From an uncultured Solirubrobacterales bacterium (GTDB lineage Bacteria > Actinomycetota > Thermoleophilia > Solirubrobacterales > Solirubrobacteraceae): DNA of 64,000 nt. The stretch lies in assembly GCA_963845575.1 (NCBI GenBank), contig CAWJSN010000003.1:24067-88066 (forward strand), in the 5' to 3' direction. Below the pieces are notes generated by a model. The model was not told where the DNA came from and did not search any database. It saw only the letters and a list, made by a program, of their open reading frames with translations. Shown in pieces: positions 1 through 9,971 of this stretch. The stretch's first letter is position 1. Every line of letters starts with the position of its first letter. Made by a program: the position numbers and the translations under genes.

Positions 1-445
1 GGCCCTGGGCATGAGTCGGGCCCATGCACGGCACCTCATGCCCCACTTCGCTCGGACCCGGAACGGCTTTGACAACTACTGCCTGCGCAGAGGCTGGGGC
101 ATCCGCGCCGGCTATCCGTCGCCGCGGCTCCTGAAATCGCTTCCCCGCCGGCTGCGGGGACGAACCAGCGGGCGCATCGTAATCGCGCTGACAGCGAATC
201 GCTATTACGCATTGGACGGCGTGCGCCCCGGCGCCAAGTTGTCGGCCGTCGCGCGGCGGCTGAAGGTGCGACGTCCAGGATTCCATGTCGGCCTGAACTT
301 CTGGTACCTCGTCCCCGGCAAGAGAGCGCTGGGGGTATTCAAGGTCCGCCACGGACGAGTGCTTGAAGTCGGCCTCACGAGCCGTACCTTCAATCATGGA
401 CGCGCGGCCGGGCGGCGATTCTTCCGGAGCATGAACGGAGGCTGA
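1..445 (+). CDS. C-terminal part of a probable secreted/surface protein (5' partial)
   Basis: Frame is open from the window edge. Arg-rich, beta-type domain (GIRAGYPS...LALTANRYYALDGVRPG...). Confidence 0.6.
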   Translation, partial: ALGMSRAHARHLMPHFARTRNGFDNYCLRRGWGIRAGYPSPRLLKSLPRRLRGRTSGRIVIALTANRYYALDGVRPGAKLSAVARRLKVRRPGFHVGLNFWYLVPGKRALGVFKVRHGRVLEVGLTSRTFNHGRAAGRRFFRSMNGG

Positions 446-488
446 GGCCTTCGGGGTCCCGCGTCTGACGCGAGCGTCCGGTGCGGAG

Positions 489-2759
489 CTAGCCGCCGCT
501 CAGGCGACGGAGCAATTCAAGGGCGCCGCGCTTGGACAGCGGCTCGTTGAGATTGCCGCATTTGGGCGACTGCACACAGGACGGGCACCCGTCCCGGCAC
601 GGGCATTCTCCGATCAGTCGCTGGGCGTCGCCGACCAGGCGGCTGAACTGCTCATAGCCACGCCGCGTGATCCCCACGCCGCCGGGATGCCCCTCGTGGA
701 TGAAGATCGTCGGACCGCCGGTCTGCGGATGGGCGTTAGTGGAGAGGCCCCCGATGTCCCATCGGTCGCACATGGCGATCAGCGGCAGGACGGCGATCTG
801 CGCATGTTCAAGCGCGTGGAGTGATCCGAGGAGCTGCGCGGGCGGGAACGGCTCGCCGGCGATCAGCCCGTCGAGCTCGTACCAGAGCGCCTGGGTCGGG
901 AACTCGGTGGTGGGCAGATCGAGGGCGTGGAAGTCGATCACCTCGTGGTCTTGCAAGCTCTTGCGCTGATAGCCCAGCACCTCCTCGGAGTAGACCACCG
1001 AGCCGAAGGACAGCGTCACCCCGTGGACGGTGCGCCGATCGATCAGGCGCTCGATGTAGGTCATGCTCTCGCGCTTGGTCTGCGTGAAGTAATTGCCGTC
1101 GAAGGGCTCAAGCACCACCCGGCGGTCGGCCAGATCGAGATCGAGCACGAGATAGGACCGCCCCATGTGCAGGTAGACAGCCCCCGGGTGCACGGTCGAA
1201 TATGCGCGACCGGCCTCGATCGTTCCCAACACCTCGCCCGAGGCGCCGTCGATGAGCACGAAGCTGTCAGCCGACGCGGACCGGAGTGCGACGCGAGCGG
1301 CCGGGTAGTCATCGGCTCGCCGAGGCACGAATCCCGTGGCCCGCTCCCGGAGAAAACCAGCCTCGGCCAATGCGGTGGCGTGCTCATGCCACTGGGGGCC
1401 GAGGATCGGCGCGTCGGCGTCGCTGAGCGGCGCCTCGTGGGCAGCACAGAGTAGGTGCTCGGCGTAGATCTGGCTGCTGCCCGGGTCAAGAATGGCTGCT
1501 TCCACGGGGCGCCCGAGGAAATCATCGGGGTGGCGACAGAAGAATTGATCCAGGGCGTCTTCCCCGGCGATGTAGACCGCCAGTCCTCGCCCGCGGCGTC
1601 CGGCCCGGCCCCACATCTGGCGCAGGCTGGCCACCGTACCCGGGAAGGTCACGCAGATCGCCGCATCAAGTTCTCCGATGTCGATGCCGAGCTCGAGGGC
1701 GTCGGTGGTCACCACCCCGAGCAGCTCACCCTCAGCCAGGCGCCGTTCAATGTCATGGCGCTGGGCCGATGTGTACCCCGCGCGGTAGGGCGCGATACGT
1801 GCCGCCAGTTCGGGCTCGAGGCGGTCAGCGGCGTGACGGAGGATGAGCTCGATCCCCTTTCGGGACTTCATGAAGCAGATCGTGCGCGCGCCGCTCGAAA
1901 CCAGCTCGGCGAACACCTCGGCCGCCTCGTAGAGCGCGGAAGCGCGCACGCCGAGCGCCTCGTCGAGCAGCGGCGGGTTCCACATCGCCACCCGGCGGGT
2001 GGGCTTCGGCGCGGTGTCGCGGTCAACGAGGTTGAAGTCCTCCAGGCCGGTGAGTCGCTCGGCCAGCTCGACCGGGTTGGCGATCGTCGCGCTGGCCAGC
2101 AGGAACCGTGGCGCGGTCCCATGGATGGCTGCCGCCCGCCGCAAACGTCGCAGAACGTTCCCGACGTGAGAGCCGAAGACGCCGCGGTAGACATGCGCTT
2201 CGTCGATGACGACGAAGGCCAGGTTGGCGAACAGGTCCCCCCAAGCGGCGTGGTGGGGAAGGATGCCCACGTGCAGCATGTCCGGATTGGTGAGGATGAG
2301 GTTGCTGCGCTTACGGATGCCGGCCCGCTGAGCACGCGGGGTGTCACCGTCGTAGATGGCCGGACGGATCGCCTGGGTCAGTCCGAAGCGTTGCAACGAA
2401 CGAGCCTGGTCCTGGGCCAGCGCCTTGGTCGGATAGAGGTAGAGCGCGCGGGCGGTTGGGTCGGAGGTCAGGACCTCGAGGGTGGGAAGCTGAAAGCAGA
2501 GCGACTTACCCGAAGCGGTGCCGGTGGTGATGACCGTCGGGCCGTCAAAGGCGGCGTGCAGCGCCTGGACCTGATGCTCATACAGGCGCTCGACACCAGC
2601 GGTGGCCAGGGCCTCAGTGACCCGCCAGCTGAGCTCGGACGGGATCGCCACCGAGTGACCCGATCGGGCGGGGACGAGGTCGTCATGCACAAGCCGCTCG
2701 TCCTCCCGGCCGACCTGCAGCAGGGCCTCCCACGGCTCGGTTTCACGGACGGCGGCCAC
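489..2759 (-). CDS. DEAD/DEAH-box helicase with C-terminal DUF1998 (SftH/MrfA/Hrq1-like)
   Basis: TGTASGKS Walker A, DEAH, SAT, LELGIDIG, QMWGRAGR, C-terminal CPCxxGCPSC. Confidence 0.93.
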   Translation of the reverse strand: MAAVRETEPWEALLQVGREDERLVHDDLVPARSGHSVAIPSELSWRVTEALATAGVERLYEHQVQALHAAFDGPTVITTGTASGKSLCFQLPTLEVLTSDPTARALYLYPTKALAQDQARSLQRFGLTQAIRPAIYDGDTPRAQRAGIRKRSNLILTNPDMLHVGILPHHAAWGDLFANLAFVVIDEAHVYRGVFGSHVGNVLRRLRRAAAIHGTAPRFLLASATIANPVELAERLTGLEDFNLVDRDTAPKPTRRVAMWNPPLLDEALGVRASALYEAAEVFAELVSSGARTICFMKSRKGIELILRHAADRLEPELAARIAPYRAGYTSAQRHDIERRLAEGELLGVVTTDALELGIDIGELDAAICVTFPGTVASLRQMWGRAGRRGRGLAVYIAGEDALDQFFCRHPDDFLGRPVEAAILDPGSSQIYAEHLLCAAHEAPLSDADAPILGPQWHEHATALAEAGFLRERATGFVPRRADDYPAARVALRSASADSFVLIDGASGEVLGTIEAGRAYSTVHPGAVYLHMGRSYLVLDLDLADRRVVLEPFDGNYFTQTKRESMTYIERLIDRRTVHGVTLSFGSVVYSEEVLGYQRKSLQDHEVIDFHALDLPTTEFPTQALWYELDGLIAGEPFPPAQLLGSLHALEHAQIAVLPLIAMCDRWDIGGLSTNAHPQTGGPTIFIHEGHPGGVGITRRGYEQFSRLVGDAQRLIGECPCRDGCPSCVQSPKCGNLNEPLSKRGALELLRRLSGG

Positions 2760-2826
2760 CGCACCTCAGTATGGCGAGCCGCCGCGCGCAGCCCGCGGGG
2801 CGAGCGATGCTACGGTCGCGCGCGCC

Positions 2827-3645
2827 ATGCGCTGCCTCTACGTGGACCTCGACGGCACCCTGCTCGGCCCGGGAGCTTCGCTGCTGACCGGCGCCGACGG
2901 CCAGTTCAGCCTGCTCGGCGTCCGGGCGTTGGAGGCCTGTGCGCGCGCCGATGTCGAGGTGGTGATCTATTCCGGTCGCCGTCAGTCGAGCGTGTTTGAG
3001 GCCTCCCGGCTGATCGGATCCCAGGCCTTCATCTTCGAGATCGGCTGTGGTCTGGTCCTCGACGGGGAGCTCGAATGGCTCACCGATGGCTGCGAACCCT
3101 CAGAGGAGCTGGGCACGATCTACGAGCAGATCGAGGCCTCGGGTGCCCCCGCCCTGCTGCTCGACCGGTTCGCTGGTCAGCTCGAATACCACACGCCGTG
3201 GTCGCGCGGACGCGAGGTCTCGCATCTGTTCCGGGGATTGGTCGACCTGGAGACCGCGCACTCGGCGCTGGCCGAGGCCGGCCTGACCGGGTTGCGTCTG
3301 GTCGACAACGGCGTGGTCCGCGCAGCGGCCGAGCAGATGGCGGGCCTGCCCGCGGTCCATGCCTATCACCTGATCCCGGCCGGCGCCTCCAAGGCCCGGG
3401 GCGTCGCGCGCCACATGCAGGCGCGTGGGTACGCGCCCGAGGACGTGATCGCCGTCGGCGATTCCCGCGAGGACATGGACGCGGCCTCGGTGGTGGGCGC
3501 GTTCTGGTTGGTGTCAAACGCCCTGGAGCGCGACCTGACACTTGCGGGCGACACCGCGGGCCGCGCCGGCGTGAGACTTGCCGACGGGGCCTACGGGGCG
3601 GGCGTCTATGAAGCTGTGGTCACGACACTGGCTGAGCGTCGCTGA
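2827..3645 (+). CDS. HAD-superfamily hydrolase (Cof-like)
   Basis: DLDGTL motif I, SGR motif II, SKARG, GDSRED motif IV. Confidence 0.88.
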   Translation: MRCLYVDLDGTLLGPGASLLTGADGQFSLLGVRALEACARADVEVVIYSGRRQSSVFEASRLIGSQAFIFEIGCGLVLDGELEWLTDGCEPSEELGTIYEQIEASGAPALLLDRFAGQLEYHTPWSRGREVSHLFRGLVDLETAHSALAEAGLTGLRLVDNGVVRAAAEQMAGLPAVHAYHLIPAGASKARGVARHMQARGYAPEDVIAVGDSREDMDAASVVGAFWLVSNALERDLTLAGDTAGRAGVRLADGAYGAGVYEAVVTTLAERR

Positions 3646-3874
3646 CCGGTTCGCGCTCCGTCCTGCTCTCCGGTTCCGGCTCGATGCTCGCCGCCTCGAG
3701 AGCGCTCCCCTCCCGGTGGTCGCGCTCGACCGCATATGCATCTTCCACGGCCCAGCCAAGCCGCTCGACCAGCTGGGTCTGGAAATGGCGCGACTCGAAG
3801 TCGCTGACGGTCACTCGCTCGGTGAACATGACAGAACGGTCATGCGCGTCAGCCATCACGATGATCTGAGGCAT
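3620..3874 (-). CDS. small hypothetical protein
   Basis: MPQIIVMADA... preceded by a purine-rich RBS (GAGGAGAGACAGGGGA). Confidence 0.65.
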   Translation of the reverse strand: MPQIIVMADAHDRSVMFTERVTVSDFESRHFQTQLVERLGWAVEDAYAVERDHREGSALEAASIEPEPESRTEREPVSDAQPVS

Positions 3875-3963
3875 TCCCCTGTCTCCTCTCCTCGCTATGT
3901 ATTCGAACACCAAGGGTTACAGGTTCGCCTTCAACCTTCCGTAAACATCTCGTGTCTAAATGT

Positions 3964-5074
3964 CTAAGTCGCTTCCGCCTGATGAAAGAAGGCGCGAATA
4001 CGCTCGCGCACCCGCCGCCAGAACCCGGCGCGGACGGCCGGACGCCAGCGCGCCGGCGGCGGGACGGTGGCCCTGACCACCTCCACCCATTCATCCAGGG
4101 GCAGCTCGCCGGAGATGAGCCGTCCGAGAGCACTGGTCACGGGAGCGTCGATGCCGGATCGGGCCAGTGCCCGGGACAGCAGCGGCACCGTTTCCAGTGC
4201 CTCCACGGCCTGGCCAACGCGGGCGCTGATCTCGGAGGCGGGAACTCCCTCGGCAAGCAGCTCCCCGGCGCGGCGATTGCGGCTCTGGGGCGCCAGCGCA
4301 GTGGCGACAAGATCGCCTGTGCCGGCCAGGCCGATCATCGATTCGGGTCGCGCGCCCTCGGCCTCGGCCCAGCGCCACACCTCGGCGAAGATGTGTCCGG
4401 CGGCGGCACCGGCGGCGTTCAGACCCTGGGCCTCGGTGGCGCCGGAGGCCAGGGCGGCGGCGTTCTTGGCTGCACCGGCCAGCTCCACTCCGATCGGGTC
4501 GTTGGACTCTTCGCAGACCACTCCCGCACGGATGAACACGCTGGCCAACGTGCTGGCCAGCGCCTGGTCGGTGGACGCGGCGACCAAGCCCGCGCCGGCA
4601 CTGACCATCTCGTGCGCGTGCGCGGGACCGCCCAGGCAGGCGGTGCGGTGGTCGCCGAAGCGGCGACTCAGGAGGGTGGTCGGCGGATCTCCGTCGGGCG
4701 GCACGAGGCCCTTGGCCAGAGAAACGACGGCTGCCTTCTCGGGCAGGCCGGAGTGCTCGAGGTGGGCGATCACCTGGTCAAGGCCTGATGAGGGAACGCC
4801 AAGGAAGACGTAGTCGGCGCGCCCCAGTCCGGCACTGACGTCCTCGATCCGGAGCTCGCGAGGCAACTCGACCCCGCGCAGGTAGACCTTGTTCTCCCGG
4901 TCTTCGTTAAAGTAGGCGGGCCTGCTCTGCCGTCCGGGCCTGGAGCGTTGTCCGCAGGCCGCCCCGCGCCAGGAGAACCGCGACCGCCGTGCCGAACGAA
5001 CCGGCACCGATAACCGTCGCGCGCCGGGTCCCGGGTGCGGGCAGGTGAATGGAGGGGCGCGGTAGGGGCGGCAC
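3964..5074 (-). CDS. gpsA: NAD(P)H-dependent glycerol-3-phosphate dehydrogenase (one frameshift near 4910)
   Basis: N-terminal VIGAGSFGTAVA lies in another frame and joins NEDRENKVYL..., VSLAKG, GGPAHA, GVELAGAAKN, GLAGTGDL, SRNRRAG. Confidence 0.9.
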
Positions 5075-5110
5075 GGGAGCAAAGGAGCGTATCCGCGCGG
5101 ATGCCGGGGC

Positions 5111-5563
5111 TCATGCAGCACCGCGGGTGCGGGAGGCCTGGTCCTCACGCTCGACGGCGTCGGCGAGCTGGCCGGCGGCATCGGACATCGCCCCGAATGC
5201 GTCAGCCACCCGGGCCGCACTCGATCCGGTAATGGCCTGGTTCAGCCCGCTCACGGCAGCGTCGAAGCGCGTCCAGAGCTCCCGCGGCCCCCGGCGTCCC
5301 GTGTCGGGGCGCAGCTCATACGGGGGCGCGGCGCTTTCGGCTCCTGGCACGGGTCGCCAGAGAAGCCCCGCGGCATGCGCATGCTCCCAGGCGACCTGCT
5401 CTGCGCCTGCCGCCTCGGCGAGATCCCGCAAGCGCTGAGCAAAGCCGGGGTCGGGCGGGGCGAGCTTGTGGGCGCGCATCGCCGCCGCCCAGCCATCGCT
5501 GGCGTGGCGGACCGCCCGCATGATGTGGGCCCGATCTCGATCTAGCTCGTCGCTGAAGCTCAC
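5111..5563 (-). CDS. hypothetical helical protein, translationally coupled to the Xis-like gene
   Basis: GTG start overlaps the upstream TGA (GTGA). 150 aa, protein-like composition. Confidence 0.7.
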   Translation of the reverse strand: MSFSDELDRDRAHIMRAVRHASDGWAAAMRAHKLAPPDPGFAQRLRDLAEAAGAEQVAWEHAHAAGLLWRPVPGAESAAPPYELRPDTGRRGPRELWTRFDAAVSGLNQAITGSSAARVADAFGAMSDAAGQLADAVEREDQASRTRGAA

Positions 5564-5895
5564 TCGCGCCCGCGATCGGTGACGACCGCCGCGCGGTCCG
5601 TTGAGGCAACGCCCGGGGCGCGCTCGGGCTCGGCGACGCCAACCGGCTCCCCGCCCCAGAAATCGTCTGCACTGGGCCCGGCACCTGCCGAGCCAGGACT
5701 GACGGGCCCGCTGTAGCTCTCGTCGAGGATCCGCTGGAAATCCGACCGCCGGATCCGCACGCGCCGGCCTACCCGGAACGCGGGCAAGGACCCCTGGTCG
5801 ATCCAATTGCGCACCGTCTGCTGGTTCAGCTTGAGCGTAGAGGCGACCTCAGCGACGGTGAGGAACTCATCTGGATTCTGCTCAGTAGGCGCCAT
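5560..5895 (-). CDS. excisionase-family (HTH_17) DNA-binding protein
   Basis: FLTVAEVASTLKLNQQTVRNWIDQGSLPAFRVGRRVRIRRSD. Confidence 0.88.
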   Translation of the reverse strand: MAPTEQNPDEFLTVAEVASTLKLNQQTVRNWIDQGSLPAFRVGRRVRIRRSDFQRILDESYSGPVSPGSAGAGPSADDFWGGEPVGVAEPERAPGVASTDRAAVVTDRGRE

Positions 5896-5995
5896 TGTTT
5901 GCTAATTGAGACAAACTGGAACTAATCCAGAGGTACAATAGCGCCACAGGAGGACGCCTCCAACAGTCGCGGGAGAAAAAGGTCTGCAAAACCGG

Positions 5996-6802
5996 ATGAA
6001 CGGTGAGGATTGGCAAAGCGATCAGGGCTCAGGGGTGTCGAAGGACGACAACGTCGTACGCCTGACGGACTGGCTCGGGCCACGGGAAGAGTTCGTCCCC
6101 TTCGGGTCTCGCGCCGATGCCGCCGACCAGGCGGGAGCCGCATCGGTCCCGACCGCCGAGGACTTCTGGAGCGAGACCTCCGCAGCCGTGCAGGACCCGT
6201 TGACCGCGCCGCAACACGCGCCGGCCCGCGCTCACCTGGCCCGTGCGAGTGCCGCGGCGATGTGGGGTCGGCGACGTGCGCGGCTGGCCGGATCGCGGCT
6301 CCCGCGGACCACCGATCGGCACAGCTGGCCCCTGGCTGCGATCAGCGTCCTGGCCACCGCAGCGCTCGCCGCCGTGTTCGCGGCGGGCCTCGGGTCCGGT
6401 GCTCACACGAGGGGGAGGCTCGCCGACCTCGGCACGGCCGGGCAGTCGGCGGCGACGCCTCGGACCGGTACCGCGTCGTTCGGCGCTCAGGTCCACCACC
6501 TTCGGGCCGCGCGCCCCGTCGCTCACCGGGCGAGCCGGAGTGGGTCGGCGGTGAAGCGTTCCGGTGTTCACCGAGTGCGTCACCACGGTCGCGCCGCGTC
6601 GTCGGCTGCGACTGGGCAGCCGGTCGCCTACACGAAACCGACAGCGGCTACCTCCACGCCGGCGCAAAGCGCCCCGACGTCCAACGCAACCACCTCGACC
6701 ACTGCGGCCAGCACGGCCGGCAGCCAGGCACACAGCTCCGGCTCGCAGCCGGCGTTGGGAGCCAACGGCAGCCTCGCCCCCGGCAGCTCGCCCGATGGAT
6801 GA
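5996..6802 (+). CDS. single-pass membrane protein with low-complexity Ser/Thr/Ala tail
   Basis: Hydrophobic segment WPLAAISVLATAALAAVFAAGL; N-terminal AEDFW motif. Confidence 0.6.
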   Translation: MNGEDWQSDQGSGVSKDDNVVRLTDWLGPREEFVPFGSRADAADQAGAASVPTAEDFWSETSAAVQDPLTAPQHAPARAHLARASAAAMWGRRRARLAGSRLPRTTDRHSWPLAAISVLATAALAAVFAAGLGSGAHTRGRLADLGTAGQSAATPRTGTASFGAQVHHLRAARPVAHRASRSGSAVKRSGVHRVRHHGRAASSAATGQPVAYTKPTAATSTPAQSAPTSNATTSTTAASTAGSQAHSSGSQPALGANGSLAPGSSPDG

Positions 6803-6819
6803 CCGAAAGAGAGCCGAGA

Positions 6820-7290
6820 TGACCCGAGTCCTCCACCACTTCAAGAGCAACGTCGTTGCCTACCTCGCGCTCTTCGTCGCCCTGGGCGGCACGAGCTACG
6901 CCGCCTTCCGTCTCCCCGCGGGCAGCGTTGGCAACCGCGCGCTGAAGAACCACTCGGTCAGCGCCGTGAAGCTCGATCGCAGCTCTATCGCGGGCTACGT
7001 GCGCGACTGGGCCAAGATCGATTCGCTTGGTCGGATCGTGGCTTCGCGGCCCCACGCGCACGTGCTCGGCTGGCGGACATCGGGGTCCGTCTCCCGGCGG
7101 CCTGATCCAGTGGGCTAAACCCATCCCGGCGAATTGCTTTGCCCTAGCAACGACCGGGGTGATCCCTGCGCTCTCCTATGCGAGCGCCGAGATAAGCAGT
7201 CGCGGATCGACCAAGCCGGGCAGGGCCTACGTCGAGCTCTCTAACGGGCAGACGACCGTGAACATCGCTGTCGTATGTCCCCAGTCGTGA
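6820..7290 (+). CDS. secreted hypothetical protein (frameshift near 7090)
   Basis: Signal-like NVVAYLALFVALGGTSYAA followed by GSVGNRALKNHSVSAVKL; C-terminus continues in the 7027..7290 frame. Confidence 0.65.
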
Positions 7291-9341
7291 GATGCTGGTT
7301 GGCCCGACGTATCATCTGCACTCGCGTTGTAGTGGCTGCGGCATTGGCTGCTGCGCAGCGCTCGCGTTCCTTGCCAGGCCAGCTCAAGCGGACGAGTGGG
7401 TCACGACATGTGGTCCGTACGCGAATCACGTCTTCATCTCGTCGTCGGCGTACGGGATGACCGCGACGAACACGTGTCCGGGGGGGTCGCTCGAGCTACA
7501 CGGCGAACGGCTTTCACTTCACACGAGGCCAGGGAGTCATCTGGCAGGCCAGTGCTCCAGCGGGGATGACGATCGTCAGCGCGCAGAATCCCGAACAACT
7601 ACCTCCAGTCGACAGTACGTGAACAGCGGTGGGCAATACGGCGGCAGACTTCTATTGGTCGGGAGGAACCTCGAACATCAGGCCGACTGAATACGGCGCG
7701 TCTTTAGGACCCTTCAGCTCACGCGATTTTGGGTTTCTTCTCGTTTGCGACAGCTCATCTTGCGACGGCCTTCCGGGATCGAGCATCGCCGTGAACCAAA
7801 TCACCCTGGTCGCCCGCGAGACAACCCCACCGCACCTGACCACGCCAAGCGGGATCGGCGGCGCGACCGGGTGGGTCCGGGGCACTTGGCCGATGGCCTT
7901 CTGGGGTGATTCGCCGTCGGGGCTGTGCGCCCTGAACGCCTATTTCGGGCACGTGCAGTTACCAGGCACGACGTCGTCTCAAGATCCGTCGCAGTGGCAC
8001 CAGTGCGCGGCGGGGCCCGTCAATGACCGTGTCGTCACCAACGACTATCCGCAGGGCGCGAACCAGCTGTACACCGCCGCTTGGGACGCGGCCGGGGAGA
8101 CGGTGAGCCAGACGAAAACGGTCTTTGTGGACAACCAGACGCCGACGGTCTCGCTGACGGGTCCGAGCGAGGCCGCCTCAAGCGCCGGCACTCAGTACGT
8201 CACGGCGACCGCTCATGCCGGGCCCTCGGGTGTGGCGGGCATCGAGTGCCACGTGAATGGCCTCCTCGGATCGTGGTATCCGGCTCGGACCGCGGTGGTA
8301 CCAGTCTCGGGCGTTGGCGAGCACACGGTCCAGTGCCAGGCGCAGAGCAACGCCGTCGACGTGTCCGGCCAGCGCGCCAGCTCGGCGCCGGCCGCCTTCT
8401 CGGTCAAGATCGGGCAGCCGACCGTGACCGCGGTGGCGTTCACGAACCTGGTCGACGGCCTGCGCTGCCGGCACAGCACCGAGCGGATTACCGTCCCAGC
8501 TCGCTGGGTTCGCGAGCGCCGAAACGGGCGGTGGGTCCGGGTGCGCCGAGCTCCTCACGCCAAGACGGTCCACATCCGGCGCTGCCAGGTCCGCACGCGG
8601 CGCAAGCGGGTGACCATCTGGGTCACCCGCCAGCGCAACGGACGCCGGGTCCGGGTGAAGGAGCACAAGCTGGTTCGCGTCGTCCTCCGTCCCCGCACGG
8701 TGAGCAGCGGCCGCAAGTTCGTGCCGCACGGCCACGCCGCGACGGTGAGTGGCTGGCTCGGCACCACCGGCGGAGTGGCGCTAGGCGGTCAGACGGTCGA
8801 TGTCCTCTCCGCCCCAGATGACGGGCGCGGCAGCTATACGCTGACGGCCGTCGTCCGCACCGGAGCCAATGGCGGCTGGAGCGCCCGCCTGGCCCCCGGG
8901 CCGTCCCGCTTCATAACCGCGGTCTACGCCGGCGGTCCAACCACCGAGGGCTCGTATGCCGCTCCGGTGAACATGGTCGTTCCGGCCAAGGTCGACCTGC
9001 TGCGGGTCACGCCTCGGCACGTGGCATGGGGCGGGACGGTCAGGCTCACCGGCCAGCTCGAGGGCGGGTATCTGCCTCCCGGTGGCGCGCTCGTCCGGCT
9101 GAGGATCGGGCTCGGCAAGCACTTCATCACCTACGGAGTGCACGAACACGTGGCCGGATCTGGGCGCTTCACCACCACCTACATGTTCGGCATCGGCGAC
9201 CCCCGCGTACGCAGGTCGTACTGGTTTCAGATCGCCTCGCTGCCGATGGGCGACTATCCCTACACACCGTCCAGCAGTCGGCGGATGGCGGTGCTCGTCG
9301 GGGGCCATCCGCGCACCGCGCGCCGCGCGCCCAGGCCGTGA
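7287..9341 (+). CDS. large secreted beta-rich/Ig-like protein with an Arg/Lys-rich segment (frameshifts in first 350 bp)
   Basis: GTG overlaps the previous stop. Reconstructed signal LARRII..VVVAAALAAA..PAQA|D. VDNQTPTVSL Ig-like repeat; intact 570-aa 3' frame. Confidence 0.7.
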
Positions 9342-9404
9342 CCGGGAAGCAGCAGCACCAAGAAGTGGTACGCCGAGGGCCAGTACAGGTACCCTCCCCT
9401 AGGA

Positions 9405-9971
9405 GTGTTCACCGACATCCTCCAGCCGACCCACCTGCTGTTCATCCTGGTGGTGGCCCTGCTTGTGCTCGGCCCCAAGCGGCTGCCCGAGGTGGCGCGC
9501 GCGCTGGGCAATGGACTGCGGGACTTCCGCTCGGCCATCAGCGGCGAACAAGACGACGAGCGTCCGGGCCGGCCCGGACACTACGCGCTGCCCGAGGACG
9601 ACAGCGGGGATGCGGTAGCGAGTGCGGGACAGGCGGCTCCCGCCGCCTTGGCAGAAGCGCCGGTAACCGAGCAGCACGCGGTGGCGCCCGTCGCTCCGCA
9701 ACCCGCGGTGCCCACCGAGGTCCGGCAGCCCGCAGCGCCCGCCGCGGCGCAACAGCGCGAGGCGCCAGCCGAGGTCCGGCAGTATCCGGCCCCGGCAAGC
9801 CCCACCGCCCCGGCAGAGCACCCGGCGCCTACAGAGCACCCGGCGCCTACAGAGCACCCGGCGCCAGCAGTCCACCCCGCGGAGTCAGCGGCCCCACCCA
9901 CTCAGGAGCAGCCGGCGCCAGAGCACTCGGCCGCTCCGGCTCACGACCCATCGGGGACCACACCCGCCTGA
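9405..9971 (+). CDS. tatA: twin-arginine translocase TatA/TatE-family subunit with long Pro/Ala tail
   Basis: QPTHLLFILVVALLVLGPKRLPEVARALGNGLRDFR. Confidence 0.85.
   Translation: MFTDILQPTHLLFILVVALLVLGPKRLPEVARALGNGLRDFRSAISGEQDDERPGRPGHYALPEDDSGDAVASAGQAAPAALAEAPVTEQHAVAPVAPQPAVPTEVRQPAAPAAAQQREAPAEVRQYPAPASPTAPAEHPAPTEHPAPTEHPAPAVHPAESAAPPTQEQPAPEHSAAPAHDPSGTTPA
9813..9866 (+). repeat. 3 x 18-bp coding tandem repeat (TEHPAP) in the tatA tail
   Basis: (g/a)cagagcacccggcgcc(t/a) x3. Confidence 0.9.

Noticed and set aside
1455-2999. Long antisense ORFs (also 15920-17419, 37855-39162, 57842-59077, 61900-63558)
   Set aside because: Shadow frames of well-supported genes, expected in high-GC DNA; no recognisable motifs.
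3900-3930. Second LexA box (TCGAACAC...GGTTCG)
   Set aside because: The half-sites are too far apart for GAAC-N4-GTTC.
3964-5220. gpsA apparently 5'-truncated by an insertion next to an excisionase
   Set aside because: The missing Rossmann N-terminus (VIGAGSFG) is present immediately upstream in another frame; it is a single 1-bp indel.
5560-5895. Prophage/ICE suggested by the Xis-like gene
   Set aside because: No integrase, att repeats, phage or conjugation genes in the window; stand-alone HTH_17 regulators are common.
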